A stretch of DNA of 64,000 nt from Octopus sinensis (lineage: Eukaryota). The translations under genes and the position numbers were made by a program. Shown here one piece after another: positions 26,796 to 39,612 of this stretch. Below the pieces are notes generated by a model, which was not told the origin of the DNA, did no database searches, and worked only from the letters and a program-made list of their open reading frames with translations. Location of the stretch: NCBI RefSeq assembly GCF_006345805.1, contig NC_042997.1:143468001-143532000 (forward strand). The letters run 5' to 3'. Numbering within the stretch: the first letter of the stretch is position 1; each line of letters starts with the position of its first letter.

Positions 26796-27404
26796 ATTGA
26801 TCGATAGAAATATATGTTTAAATACTAATATGCTGTGCAAAAAAAAAAAAAAAAAAAGAGAACAGTAAAACAAATCAAAATCGAAAGTAAAATACAAAAT
26901 AGAGGGAAACAGGAAAATACATTCTCACTCGTAACACAAACCAGAAACTATAAAACATAATGCCTTTATATAATACAGGAACAAACAGTCCAGAGAACGT
27001 ATATGTATTAGACTGTAAAATATGACATTCATTTATAGAAGAAATTATATAGATTTGAGAATATTTGTTCATGATAGTAGCTTCTAATATTTAGTCGTTG
27101 TGGTCGTAAAAACTGATCCAGCTTTCAGCATTTTACGGTCGAATAAAAAGTACCAGCCAAGTGTTCGTGTAGGTCTCTCTCTCTCTCTTTCTCTCTCCAG
27201 CTATCATATTCTGGATGTTCCTTTGAGTCGAAGGCGGGGGTCGTCTGCTCGTCCTTACACATGACGGAGCGAGACGGTTAGAAGCAGCTGTTTGGAGACG
27301 GACGATTTGAATCGGCCGGATAGAAATTCAGTCTGTTTTGGTGACAGTACTTTCTGGACGCTAGAAGAAAATACATAGATTCACTCGAAACACCTTAGGC
27401 GTCT

Positions 27405-27712
27405 TGTGCTATAGCCCTGGGCCGACTAACGCCTTGTTAGTGAATTTGGTTGATGGAAATTGTTTGGAAGCATGTCATGTATATATGTGTATGTCTGTAT
27501 GTCTGTATGTCTGTGCTTATGCTTGTCCCCTCATCGCTTGACAACCGTTATTGCACGTTTGCGCCAGCGTAACTTAGTGGTTTGGAAAAAGAGACCGATA
27601 GAGTAAGTACAAGGCTTAGAAGAAAATATGTTTTGGGTTCGATTCGTTCGACTAAACCATTCAAAGTGCTGTCCCAGCATGGCCTCAGTCATAAAAGAAA
27701 GCAAAACTAAAA
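27405..27712 (+). mobile_element. SINE family A, 3' two-thirds, diverged
   Basis: Similar to 60790-61080. Confidence 0.75.
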
Positions 27713-27948
27713 GATGCTGCAATGGTATATAGTGGAATTTGTTGTACTCTACAATGGAATGTAATGCAATAACAGTGAAATCTGACGTTGACGAGGATAT
27801 TAGTGCTAGTCATCAGTGACTGGACATACTTATAATAAAAGATGTTCCTGCAGTGATTATGTCTGTCTTATATATTCTTCTAGACAACATCTCTCAGTCT
27901 AGTTCATCTAATCCCTATTTCCTTTTTATTACTAAAGACTGTAGATTA

Positions 27949-28600
27949 AGGCGGCGTGCTGGCAGAATCGTTAGTACGCCGGGCAAAATGCTTAGCAGCA
28001 TTTCGTCCATCTTTATGTTCTGAGTTCAAAATCCGAGGTAGACTTTGCCTTTTTATCATTTCGGGCGTCGATAAATTAAGTATTAGTTAAATACTGGAGT
28101 CGATGTAATCGAGTATCCCCTTCCTCTAATATTTCAGGCTTTGTGCCTATAGTAGAAAGGATTATTAAAGACAATAGAAAGGCGGCGAAGTGGCAGTATC
28201 ATTAGCACGCTGGACGAAATGCTTTGCGGTATTTCGTCTGCCGCTACGTTCTGAGTTCAAATTCCGCCGAGGTCGACTTTGCCTTTTATCCTTTCGGGGT
28301 CGATAAATTAAGTACCAGTTACGCACTGGGGTCGATGTAATCGACTTAATCCGTTTGTCTGTCCTTGTTTGTCCTCTCTGTGTTTAGCCCCTTGTGGGTA
28401 GTAAAGAAATAGGTATTTCGTCTACCGCTACGTTCTGAGTTCAAATTCTGCCGAGGTCAACTTTGCCTTTTATCCTTTCAGTGTCAATGAAATAAGTATC
28501 AGTTACGCACTGGGGTCGATGAAATCGACTATCCCCCTCCCCCAAATTTCAGGCCTTGTGCCTATAGTAGAAAAGAATTGTTAGCACGCCGGAAAAATGC
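27949..28600 (+). mobile_element. Tandem SINE family B copies, the second with an internal duplication
   Basis: Heads AGGCGGCG(TG/AA)..GGCAG.ATC.TTAG.ACGC at 27949 and 28180; body repeated at 28230-28350 and 28410-28530. Confidence 0.85.
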
Positions 28601-28649
28601 TTAGTGCCATTCCGTCAGATTCCGTCGAATTGTTTTGGAGATCATTTGA

Positions 28650-28920
28650 TCAGTGTATGTGAATGTTTAATTTAAAGTTGTGGGAAAAGGAGAACACTTA
28701 TGAATCAATACGAAACCTGCAGTTCTTGTATCCTGGTTATAGATTCTCATTTGTATTTATTATCATATGAGTACTGAGTTTTGTAGCAAGAAATTTACAT
28801 AAAATACCCAGTTATTTAGTGATTTCTAAGAAAGAAATCAGCAAATTATCTCGCTTTCTCTAAATTTAATCGATTAGTATTACTGCTATTACTGTCAAGA
28901 TTTGTACAATATTCTTAATA
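28650..28920 (+). mobile_element. R4/Dong-like LINE C-terminal fragment
   Basis: KLWEKENTYESIRNLQFLYPGYRFSFVFII and ITA.TVKIC..F, homologous to 3650-3890. Confidence 0.65.
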
Positions 28921-29053
28921 TTCTCCATTTGAGTTTCCTGGAATTAACACATACACGAATCATGTAGATGCATACATATAGACTAATAACACACACACTT
29001 GTACTAAAGATACGTGCACTCATTACAAGAGTGAAAGTATATTAATGCATACT

Positions 29054-29122
<69 letters not shown>

Positions 29123-29173
29123 CATACATACGTACACACACACACACACAACACACACACACACACACACATA

Positions 29174-29235
29174 CTCGGTAGGCTAGAGCGCCATTCTAAT
29201 AATCTGGGAATCGAGTGTTCGAGTCCCTCTGGCCC
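29174..29235 (+). pseudogene. Decayed, 5'-truncated tRNA-Thr copy
   Basis: Aligns with 29590-29653 at about 80 percent identity; the anticodon arm is broken and the 5' end is replaced by (CA)n. Confidence 0.75.
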
Positions 29236-29579
29236 TTTGTTTTTCTGAAATAGTTTTTTCTTCTTGATTGGTACAAACATTGCTTTCTAAAATGCACACA
29301 GATTTACAACCTTTTGCGGTGGCATATAATCGATTATATTGATCTTAGCATTTGGCTGTCTCTTGATTTTAATGAAACCGGAGGGGATGAAAACCAAAAT
29401 AGACGTGGGCGGGATATGAACACAGAACTGTATCTAAATATCTTAAGTTGAGGAAATATTAACTTATAAGTTGATCAGTCACTCATTTGAACTCCCGCGT
29501 AATGACTTATTGTAATTTTTTTACGTAATAATTGAGGACATAATAATAATAATTATTATTTAAGCAGTTCTCATAACCT

Positions 29580-29653
29580 GGCTCCGTAGCTCAGTTGGTT
29601 AGAGCGCCAGTCTAGTAAACTGGAGGTCGAGTGTTCAAGTCCCTCCGGAGCCC
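29580..29653 (+). tRNA. tRNA-Thr(AGT)
   Basis: Cloverleaf: acceptor GGCTCCG/CGGAGCC, D arm GCTC/GAGC, anticodon arm CCAGT-CTAGTAA-ACTGG, T arm GAGTG-TTCAAGT-CCCTC with one U:C mismatch. T6 Pol III terminator at 29675-29680. Confidence 0.9.
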
Positions 29654-30202
29654 AATCGTTTATAGAACCTGTTATTTTTTATTATGCAAAGCAGATAATA
29701 TTGATACGTATATTGATTTCTGAAATACTTACAAAGCTACGAACATTTGAGTTGATATAAAGGCAGGTCCTCATGTCGGTTGTTGTTATGGAAACTTACT
29801 CATTTTGAAAGATCTCATTTTACGTATATCGGTCTGTTGGTACAAGATACTCAGACTACTTGAAAAAAATTCTCCTATTATGGGTTTTCTTACCTTACTC
29901 GTTGTGAGCGGCCGAAGAAAAGAGTAAAAGATTCACTCACTGACTCATGCTTTTCCTGTAATCTCTGATACTAAAACAGAGTTTAAATAATATAAGAATT
30001 GACACAATGCAACACATTTTAGGGAAAGAATATTGTCGATTAAATGAACCAAATTACTTGGTTGGAATATATTTATTTGACCCCTGGGAGGATAAAATGC
30101 AAACTGAAACTCTGCAGAAATTGAACTCAAAACATCAATGCCATAAAACATTAAATTTCAACATTCTACTGACTGTTCAATTCATGTTTAAAGATACAAA
30201 TA

Positions 30203-31280
30203 TTAGAGTAATTCAAAAACTCCACGTGCTCCTGTTTCTGTAATTTATTTCAACAGAAACAGTGGTTGAACAATTATATTATTTTTCGACATTGTCTCCT
30301 TGCTTTTCGATGCACTACTTTTCGTGGACCATCAGCTTGCTTATTCTATTGAGAAGATGGTTTTCGGCTGGTCACGCAGCCATTTATGCACTGCTTCATG
30401 TGCTTCTTCGTACGTAGTAAATCGACGATCTCGTAAACTCTTTTTGAGCGGTCTAAAGAGGTGATAATCGGAAGGGCGAGATCTGTAATGTATGCAGGAT
30501 GTTCCAGCAATTAGAGACCCAATTTGTCAATGATTCCAACGGCGTGGGCGTCTGCATGTGGGTGTGCATTGTCGCGCAAAAGAAACACTTGCTTTGATTT
30601 CGGCGTTTGGTGCGAATTACTAGTTTCAGTTTGTTGGCTAACATTGCACTGAAACCTACACAGGTGACCGTAGAGCTCATTTTTAAGTAATGTTCCAGCA
30701 TAGGTCCTTTTGCGCCCCCTCCCCACCAAAAAGGAAAATAAAACGTTTAGCGTCACTTTTTCTGATGATTCCGAGTGTTTCCGCTCCATACTCTGCTTTT
30801 TAGATTAGGGTTCAAAATGATGAAACCAGGTCTCATCGCCTGTAACAATTCCCTACAAAAGGCTTCGCCTTCACAGTTGTATTGGTCGACTAAGCGTTGA
30901 CAGATCTCCACATGATTGCGCTAGCGCTCTTGGTATCCATTTCGCACAAAGCTTGTTGTGGATGATTATCTATGCAGAACCATGACTAATTTGCATGCCA
31001 CCACATCGATGGTTACTCGTCGATTCACTGGAACCTCTCTCGAGCTGGTTAAATCTTCACGTCAGCGGCGGAGGTTGAAGGGCATCTTGCACCCTCTTCG
31101 TGCTTCACGCTTGTTCGGCCACTTTTAAACTTCACGATTCACTCATACACACTTCTATGTGGTGGAGCACTGCCCCGTATTGTACTGAAAGCCGGTGATG
31201 AATTTCAGCTCCTGACACACCAAAGAAATCGGATCACAGATCTCTGTTCTTCTTTGATGCAAAATGCCTGCAAAGCAGCA
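30203..31280 (-). mobile_element. Decayed mariner (DD34D-type) transposon
   Basis: Minus strand: EEQRSVIRFLW near 31250, LLRDNAHPH, LLEHPAY..DLA. TIR-like end at about 30203. Many stops and frameshifts. Confidence 0.85.
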
Positions 31281-31292
31281 ATGTTATGTGTA

Positions 31293-31612
31293 TATATGTA
31301 TGCTGAGACCCCCTTCGGTCATGACTGACCATGGGATTGCACCTAGAAAGTCAGGGCAATGATGTTTATGGAAGACCAGCAGTCGCCTATGCATACCGCC
31401 TCTCCTCTCCACGCCACTGATGTTATCCAAGGGAAAGGCAAAGGCCGATACGGCTTGGCACCTGTGACGTCGCAACTCATTTCTACAGCTGAGTGAACTG
31501 GAGCAACGTTAAATAAAGTGTCTTGCTCAAGAACACAACACGCAGCCCAGTCCGGGATTCGAACTCACAACCTCACGATCGTAAGCTCGACGCTCTAACC
31601 ACTGAGTCATGC

Positions 31613-31615
<3 letters not shown>
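31293..31615 (-). mobile_element. tRNA-headed SINE related to family C
   Basis: Minus-strand head GGCGCATGACTCAGTGGTTAGAGCGTCGAGCTTACGATCGTGAGGTTGTGAGTTCGAATCCCGG. Confidence 0.8.
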
Positions 31616-31684
<69 letters not shown>

Positions 31685-31750
31685 CTGTATGTTTGCATGT
31701 GCGTATGTGGTGTACACACATATACACACATATATATGCACAAATTTACA

Positions 31751-31859
<109 letters not shown>

Positions 31860-32602
31860 GTCTATCTGTACGTGTGTATGTGTAATGTATACAGTACTCT
31901 AAGAAAGTGCTAAGTATAGAAAAATATCTGATAGTATTGACAAGCAACTTTAATTTAAGCAAAAAAAAAAGATTCAGACCAAGGTACTCTTGAAGAAACC
32001 ATATACTTGTATTCAGAAATATCTTAGAATACAACAACCATTTACAAGACTATCTAACTTTGAAATTCTCCAATAAACTAAAAGTTTTAATATTGAGAAA
32101 GGAACATTTTGAAAAATCTGAAAATTTTATACAAGCGTTAATTTTTTTATCTTCGACAAAGCTGTATTTTTCTGTTACTGTCAATATAGCCCTATCCTGT
32201 CATTTCCAAATAGCAACAGAACTGTTAAAGAGTTGCATAATAATGCCTATAGAATTTGGCATTGCAACAAGTTTTGGTAAGAACAATATAGATGCACTGG
32301 CGAAATGGTAATACTCTTGGAAGGATTCCAAGAGGGACTGCCAGTAATAATAACACGTTTGCTATAGTGAAACTTATATATTATATATATATAAAGGCAA
32401 ACATACATAAAGCCAATGAAATAGCCATTTTTGTAATCACTCGATTTTCTAGAAACAGAAGCCAAAAATCTTCCAGTCATATTCTATCGTTTTAAAAATG
32501 GAAGGACACGTTTGACAATGTTATCCTTAATATGCAAATAGAGGGAATGATTGCAACTGGATCCTGTTCGACCTAGGATTAAACAACATACATATATACT
32601 TA

Positions 32603-32840
32603 CTGGTATTCCGTCGGTTACGACGACGAGGGTTCCAGTTGATCCGATCAACGGAACAGCCTGCTCGTGAAATTAACGTGCAAGTGGCTGAGCACTCCAC
32701 GCGTACCCTTAACGTAATTCTTTGGGAGATTCAATGTGGCACAGAATGTGACATGACTGGCCATTTGAATTACAGGTACAACACACTTTTGCCAGCTAAG
32801 TGGACTGGAGCAACGTGAAATAAAGTGTCTTGCTCAAGGA
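32603..32840 (-). mobile_element. SINE family C, 3' portion
   Basis: Near-identical to 20367-20540. Confidence 0.85.
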
Positions 32841-32917
32841 CATACATAGAAGCATACATACGTACGTACATAATACATACATACATACATACATACATAC
32901 ATACATACATACATACA

Positions 32918-33205
32918 TAAAACTGTAAAACTCTGTAAAACTTTCCAGAATTTTATCATCTAAGTATAAATGAGCATATCTAGATATGCAACTATATGCA
33001 TGAGAATACACGCATAAAGCAAAACGTACAAATCTGCACATATATACATACATACATACTACATACATACATACATACATACATACATACATACAAAAAT
33101 ACCTTGTTGTTGATGTTGAAATTTCAATGAAGTAGCCTTGGATCTAGGTTAGAAACCAGCTCTTTCTCTAATGGCAAGAAATCTAGAAATAAAATTGAAC
33201 AACGA
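32918..33205 (+). mobile_element. R4/Dong-like LINE, extreme 3' fragment embedded in (ATAC)n on both sides
   Basis: Homologous to 3850-4103 and 52255-52500. Confidence 0.85.
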
Positions 33206-33599
33206 CACATATACATACACACACACATACATACATACATACATACATACATACATACATACATACATACATACATACTACATGGATGAATAATTCAGTA
33301 CTCTTAGAAATTTATGAAGGTCAGGGCTCTCTGTTTTTGCTGTACCAGCGCTTATACGGAAATTCGGTATACTAGGCAGGACACTTAAAAAAAAATTCAA
33401 ACTTGAATATTAAGACTTGTAACTTCCGCATCAACAATCAACTTGACAAAATAAATATACGTTACATGGAGGAATGGAAACTTTTGGGGAATCTAAACGA
33501 TCTTTGTGTGCTGTATCGTATCATTCAGATGACACCACCCTAAACTCACTCATACACCCCCATCAATCCATCCATCCATCCCTCCATCCGTACATACAT

Positions 33600-34029
33600 A
33601 AAGTGGTTAGCGTTAGAAATGGCAAACAGTCGTAAAAAGCATGCCGAAGCTGGCATCGCGGTGCTGGTGCCACGTAAAAAGCACCCAGTCCACTCGGTAA
33701 AGTGGTTGGCATTAGGAAAGGCATCTAGATGTGGAAATTATGCCAAAGTAGTCAGTGGAGCTTGGTGCAGTACTCTGGCTAATCAGCTCCTGTCAAACCG
33801 GCTAACCATTGCCAGAATGGACGACGGACGTTAAATGATGACGACGACGACGACGACGACGAAGACGGCGGTGGCGACGGCAGCAACGACGCCGGCGGAG
33901 ATGACGATGGCGACGACGATGACGACAACGACGACGACGATGATGATGATGACAATGACGATGATAATAATGACCATGATGATGATGGTGGTGATGACGA
34001 TGATGATGATGATGATGGTGGTGATGACG

Positions 34030-34061
<32 letters not shown>

Positions 34062-34078
34062 GATGATGATGATGATAC
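33600..34078 (+). mobile_element. Retroposon 3' end (RTE-type tail) followed by (GAT/GAC)n
   Basis: Ends GGACGTTAAATGATGACGACG, a tail form typical of RTE-mobilised elements (from memory). Confidence 0.6.
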
Positions 34079-34625
34079 ATACGCATCGTAAATAAACAAT
34101 TCTGCGGACTTAGGAAGGTATGGAAGTCAGACTTCTCCGTTTTTGTTGTATGTAAAGGAAGAAATGGATACGTCATATATTCACTCAGCCGCGAAAGTAA
34201 TAACATCGCCAGAGTAGATGAAGAATGCTTGAATAGATACTCTGAGTCTACAGCTAAAGGATAGCAAGACGAAGCTACTTAAACGGGAACTTCGGTGGGA
34301 AACATCCATAATATCAACAAGATTCTATGAATGCCTATCACCAAAGCTAGAGGATACCAACCACATTGACAGGAAGAGGAACTTCTCCTGCACCTGTGAT
34401 GGATGATTTATATCACACAAGGACACGATTTCCCTATTCAGGAAATGCTACGGAATATCTGTCCAAAGAGATAAAGATGCCTCCAAATCTTCAAGATGTA
34501 ACAGAAAATATCGATTATATCATGCTGGTGTGAAAAATATCAATCACTCAAATCATTATCAGCTATCCCCAAAATATTCGCAAAGTGCTATCCCCCCTAG
34601 AGATATGACATTCAGGTCGTAACTA

Positions 34626-34840
34626 CGAGAGAGTGCTGAAATGTTCCTGGCTTTGGATTAAAGAAAATACAGGGGATCAGTTAATTATGATTTTATTCTA
34701 CATATTCCCCTCTCAGATTCACATACTTACTGCAGCGGTCCTTCAGTTTTTCCAAGCCCTGTAAGAGAACTCGGAAGGTTAGGTCTCTAACCAGGTCTTT
34801 CGCGACACCTTAAAGCCAGAAAAATTTCAGCACACCCTCG
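34626..34840. mobile_element. Mariner-type MITE
   Basis: TA-CGAGAGAGTGCTGAAATGTTCCTGGCTTT ... AAAGCCAGAAAAATTTCAGCACACCCTCG-TA; TA target site duplication. Confidence 0.85.
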
Positions 34841-35082
34841 TATATAGGAAGGAATATCTTGACGGTCATGTCAAAGGTACCCTAGAATGTATATACATTC
34901 TAAAAATAGGTAACACGACTGGAATAGTATAATAAAATGAGAAATCTAATGTAGACACCATAGGCTTGAAATTCATGCACGTGATGTGTCCTGTTGGTCA
35001 GCTATCGTATGGTAAGATTATCCCGTCTGGATCAATTGTTGGTGAGATTATCTTTTATCGTGTATCACTTATCTTTTACTTG

Positions 35083-35455
35083 TTTCGGTCATTTAACTGC
35101 GGCCATGCTAGAGCACCGCCTTGAAGGGTGCTAGTCGAGCAAATCGCCCCCAGGACTTATTTTTCTTGGTACTCATCATATCGGTTTCTTTGGCCGAATC
35201 GCTAAGTTGCGGGGACGTAGATAGACCAACACCGGCATCAAGTGGCGGAGGGACACTCACCCGTCGTATATATATATATATATATATACATACGACGGGT
35301 TTCTTTCAGTTTCCGTCTACCATAACCACTCACAAAACTTTGGTTGGCTTGAGGCTATAGCAGAAGACACTTGACGAAGCTGTCACGCAGTGGAACTGAA
35401 CCGGGAACCATGTGGTAGATAAGCAAGCTTCTTACCTCGCAGACATGCCTGCGCC
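35083..35455 (-). mobile_element. SINE family A
   Basis: Reverse complement of the family consensus seen at 60697-61098. Confidence 0.85.
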
Positions 35456-35639
35456 ATGAGATTGCGTAGCTAACGTTTTTACCAGGCGGCCATAACTGAA
35501 ATGATTCTGTTCGAAAACTTCGATTGTGTTTTCCCTGTTGGCTTTATTATATGTCAACAGTGAATCCTGGAGCATTATGGATTAAGAGTCAACTTTGAAA
35601 TGGAATGAACAAAGCAGAAATCTATAATGCCAGTGCAGA

Positions 35640-35988
35640 AAAACAACAACAACGACAACAACAACAGCATCAGTTGTTATAAAACAACTACAATAGCAGT
35701 AACAACAATAACAACTACAGCAACGACAACAGCAACAACAACAGCAACAACAAAATCTAGCATAATAATAGTTACAGCAACTGCAGTAGTAGAAAACAGC
35801 AATAATAATAACGATGGCAACAACAGCAAGAATAATGATAGTAGCAATCAGCATTAGCATCAACAGAGCAACAACAGCTACAAGAACAACTACAACAACA
35901 ACAACGACAGCAACAGCAACAACAACAACAACAACAACAGCAAAAACAACAAGAAAAACAACAGCAGCAACAACAACAGAAACAACAA

Positions 35989-36027
<39 letters not shown>

Positions 36028-36144
36028 TAGCAACAACAGCAGCAACAACAACAGTAGCAGCAATAGCAACAACAGCAGCAACAACAACAACAACAGCGGC
36101 AGCAACACCACCACCACCAATAACAACAGCAGCAATAGCAACAA

Positions 36145-36179
<35 letters not shown>

Positions 36180-36320
36180 ACGACAGCAACAACAAAAACA
36201 ACAGCAACACTAACAACAACAACAGCAATAACAACGACAACAACAGCAGTAGCAACAACAGCAACAGCAGCAGCAACAACAACAACAACAACAGCAACAA
36301 CAGCAACAACAACCACAGCA
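35640..36320. repeat. Degenerate (ACA/GCA)n trinucleotide array
   Basis: Direct reading; it gives T/A-rich and poly-L/V ORFs on both strands. Confidence 0.9.
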
Positions 36321-36959
36321 TCGATGACACCATCTCTTCATTAATATTCAGTTATTTCTGGCAATGCAGCATTGCATCACCCTCTGACCTGCTTCCTCGG
36401 TTAAAACTCAACAAACATAGTTTTTCACCCAAATCCATTTCTTTCGATTTCTCATAGTTTTCACATCACCATTGCGGATTGCTGTTCCATAGTTTCCACA
36501 AGCAAATAAACTAGACGATAAAATAGGTGCGGCTTTGACTATAGCGAACGCACTGAAGCAAAATGGCAAATTTCACCATTTCCATATAAATCGGGATGTT
36601 TTCCAGTATCCATTAATCATTCAATTGTAAAGCCAGAATGGTACTTATCTGTCAACTAAACAGACCCAGTTGATCAGAATAATGTGTTTTCCTTCCGGGA
36701 GAGAACACAATACCTTTTGCAAGGTTTGACTAATAGCTAACTTGTAAGTAGCCGACTCCATTAACTTCACGCCGTCGTATAATTTATAGATAGGTTTGTT
36801 TGCTTATAATTGCAATGTTTTAATGCTATCGAAGTTTATTTGGCTGTATACTTTATGTAGAACAGTAGTTCTCAAACATATTTTTACCTATGGATCCCTT
36901 TGATTCCTGCTTTACTCGGATGGACCGTCATAGCCATTCGATGTTTAAAAAAATACTAT

Positions 36960-37096
36960 TACCCAACCAAACTACATGGTTCCGGGTTCAGTCCCACTGT
37001 GTGGCACCTTGGGCAAGTGTCTTCTACTATAGCCTCGGGCCGACCAAAGCCTTGTGAGTGAATTTGGTTGAAGGAAACTGAAAAATGCCCGTCGTA

Positions 37097-37163
<67 letters not shown>

Positions 37164-37672
37164 TATATATAATATATACTAGCTATTTTGACCCGTGCTT
37201 CGCTCGGGTTTTGGTGGTGGTGTTGTTTTGTGCGTGTTGTCTCCTTTTCCCTTTCTTCTTTTGTTTATCTTTGCCTTTCCCATATTTCTCACCATGGCAA
37301 CCAAATGGTAGCTCCGAGCGACTTCCAACCCTCCTTACACCATTGCCCACCCCATTTTACCTCTCAGTGTAAATTTTGGCGCCAGAATGAGACAAATAAC
37401 CAAGAAATCAAACAACGTTTTCGCATTTCAGCTTTATAGATATTGATATTGATATATGAGTATACGTTTGTGTGTCTGTGTTTGCCCACCCCCTATCATT
37501 GCTTGACAATCGATGCTGGTATGTTTACGTCCTCGTAACTTAGCAGTTCAGCAAAAGAGATCGATAGAATAAGTACAAGGCTTACAAATAGCAAGTCATG
37601 GGGTCTATTTGTTCGACTAAAGGCGGAGCTCGAGCATTGCCGCAGTCAAATGACTGAAACAAATAAAAGAAT
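36960..37672 (+). mobile_element. SINE family A split by an insertion at about 37165-37450
   Basis: 5' half at 36960-37125 and 3' half at 37455-37672. Confidence 0.8.
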
Positions 37673-37677
37673 ATTAC

Positions 37678-38162
37678 AGTAATCCCTCGTCATATCGCGT
37701 CCTCAGTACATCGCGGATTTTTCTGTATGTACATTTATATCGTGGTCTCCTCGGTATATCGCGGGTTTCTGTGGACGATAGGCATTTATATTTTTTTAGA
37801 TTTTAATTATTTCCGTGGTAAAATAAAGCATTTCCACGCCTCAAAATTGGTAAATATAAATACAGTACAGTACTGCACTGTATAACACATTAATTAAAAT
37901 ATATTAAAAGAAAATATGTAGTGTACTGTAGATGAGCAAACAAAGAATCGCACATACTGTATGGAAAACAAAACTCGGGGGGGGGGGGGCAGTGTGTGGT
38001 GTTTTGAATTTATAATAAAAAATATATATACAAATTAAACGCAGGAGTGGCTGTGTGGTAAGTAGCTTGCTTACCAACCAGATGGTTCCCGGTTCATGTA
38101 GCCTCGGGTCGACCAAAGTCTTCTGAGTGGATTTGGTAGACGGAAACTGAAAGAAACCGTCG

Positions 38163-38194
<32 letters not shown>

Positions 38195-38237
38195 ATATAT
38201 AATATATATATATATATATTATATATATATATATATC

Positions 38238-38268
<31 letters not shown>

Positions 38269-38630
38269 GTATGTGTGTGTGTATATATGTTTGTGTATCT
38301 ATGTTTTTCCCCCAAACATCGCTTGACAATCGATACTGGTCTGGTGTGTTTATGTCCCCGATAACTAGCGGTTCGGCAAAAATCCCCGATAGAATAAGTA
38401 CTAGACTTACAAAGAATAAGTCCTGGGGTCAATTTGCTCGACTAAAGGCGGTGCTCGAGCATGGCCGCTGTCATATGACTAAAAGAATAAATTATAAAAA
38501 TATAAAAAAATATATACAGATTATAAAAATTAAAAAATATATACAGTACAGTACTGTTTCTACTTCGCGGATTTTCACCAATCGCGGGAGCTTTTGGAAT
38601 GTAACACCTGCAATAGTTGACGGATTACTG
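37678..38630. mobile_element. Tigger/pogo-like MITE interrupted by SINE family A (38040-38490)
   Basis: TA-CAGTAATCCCTCG ... CGGATTACTG ends. Confidence 0.7.
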
Positions 38631-38664
38631 AATGTTTTTATAATTTCATATTAGACAGTGTAAA

Positions 38665-38840
38665 GCGACTAGCTGGCAGAATCGTTGCCTGGAAAATTGC
38701 CTAGTAACATTCCGTCCGTCTCTACGTTCTGAATTCAAATTCCGCCGAGGTCGACTTTGCCTTACATCCTTCTGGGGGTTGATGTAATCAACTTTTCCTC
38801 TCCTCTGAAATTGCTGGCCTTGTGCCAAAGTTTGAAATCA
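38665..38840 (+). mobile_element. SINE family B
   Basis: Family motif AAATTCCGCCGAGGTCGACTTTGCC. Confidence 0.8.
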
Positions 38841-39234
38841 ATATTATTATTATTAAAAAAAAGTTAAAATATTTTGTGTGTTGGTTGTTATTGCAGATAA
38901 ATTTATCAGCAAAATCTTATATGGACCCCAGCAAAGGGTCATACAGACCCCGGTTGATAACAACTAATGTAGATTAAAGTGAACCCAAGAAATTATTGCT
39001 GTTGTTGTTATTTAACCCCAGGTCAATTCTGGTCGAACAGACCAATGATTAAAGGCATTCCAGCTGTGGATTTTTTTCGGTCTAACACACTAGATCCAAG
39101 TAATCTTTATTTTGACTTGTTCCAGTTTGGTACTTATCCTATTGATATTAACACTTGTTGTCAAGCACCTGTTCTCATTAACACCTGTTATCACAAACAC
39201 ACACACACAAACATATATGCATACATACATGTTC

Positions 39235-39315
<81 letters not shown>

Positions 39316-39317
39316 AA

Positions 39318-39521
39318 GGGGCTACACATAGAGGGGACAAACAAGGACAGAAAAACGGATTAAGTCGATTATATCGACCCCAGTGCGTAACTGGTACTTA
39401 TTTAATGGACTCCGAAAGAATGAAAGGCAAAGTCGACCTCGGCGGAATTTGAACTCAGAACGTAGCGGCAGACGAAATACTCATTTCGCCCGACGTGCTA
39501 ACGTTTCTGCCAGCTCGCCGC

Positions 39522-39522
<1 letters not shown>
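39318..39522 (-). mobile_element. SINE family B (long variant)
   Basis: Reverse complement of 28180-28400. Confidence 0.85.

Positions 39523-39612
<90 letters not shown>

Noticed and set aside
27199-27276. Plus-strand peptide LSYSGCSFESKAGVVCSS resembling an SRCR domain end
   Set aside because: No convincing donor site and no other SRCR exons found; the acceptor is a (CT)n microsatellite.
27949-28600. Repeated about 120-bp units resembling a CRISPR-like or satellite array
   Set aside because: They are tandem and internally duplicated SINE copies, without a repeat-spacer structure, in a eukaryotic context.
32190-32276. 87-nt plus-strand exon candidate (AG ... G/GTAAG)
   Set aside because: Two plus frames and a minus frame are all open. 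The minus frame (YWQSLLESFQEYYHFASASILFLP) loosely resembles a hAT transposase tail, so it cannot be assigned to a host gene.
35582-36344. Mucin-like T/A-rich 176-aa ORF and poly-L/V ORFs
   Set aside because: A degenerate (ACA/GCA)n array open in several frames, with no signal peptide or unique domain.
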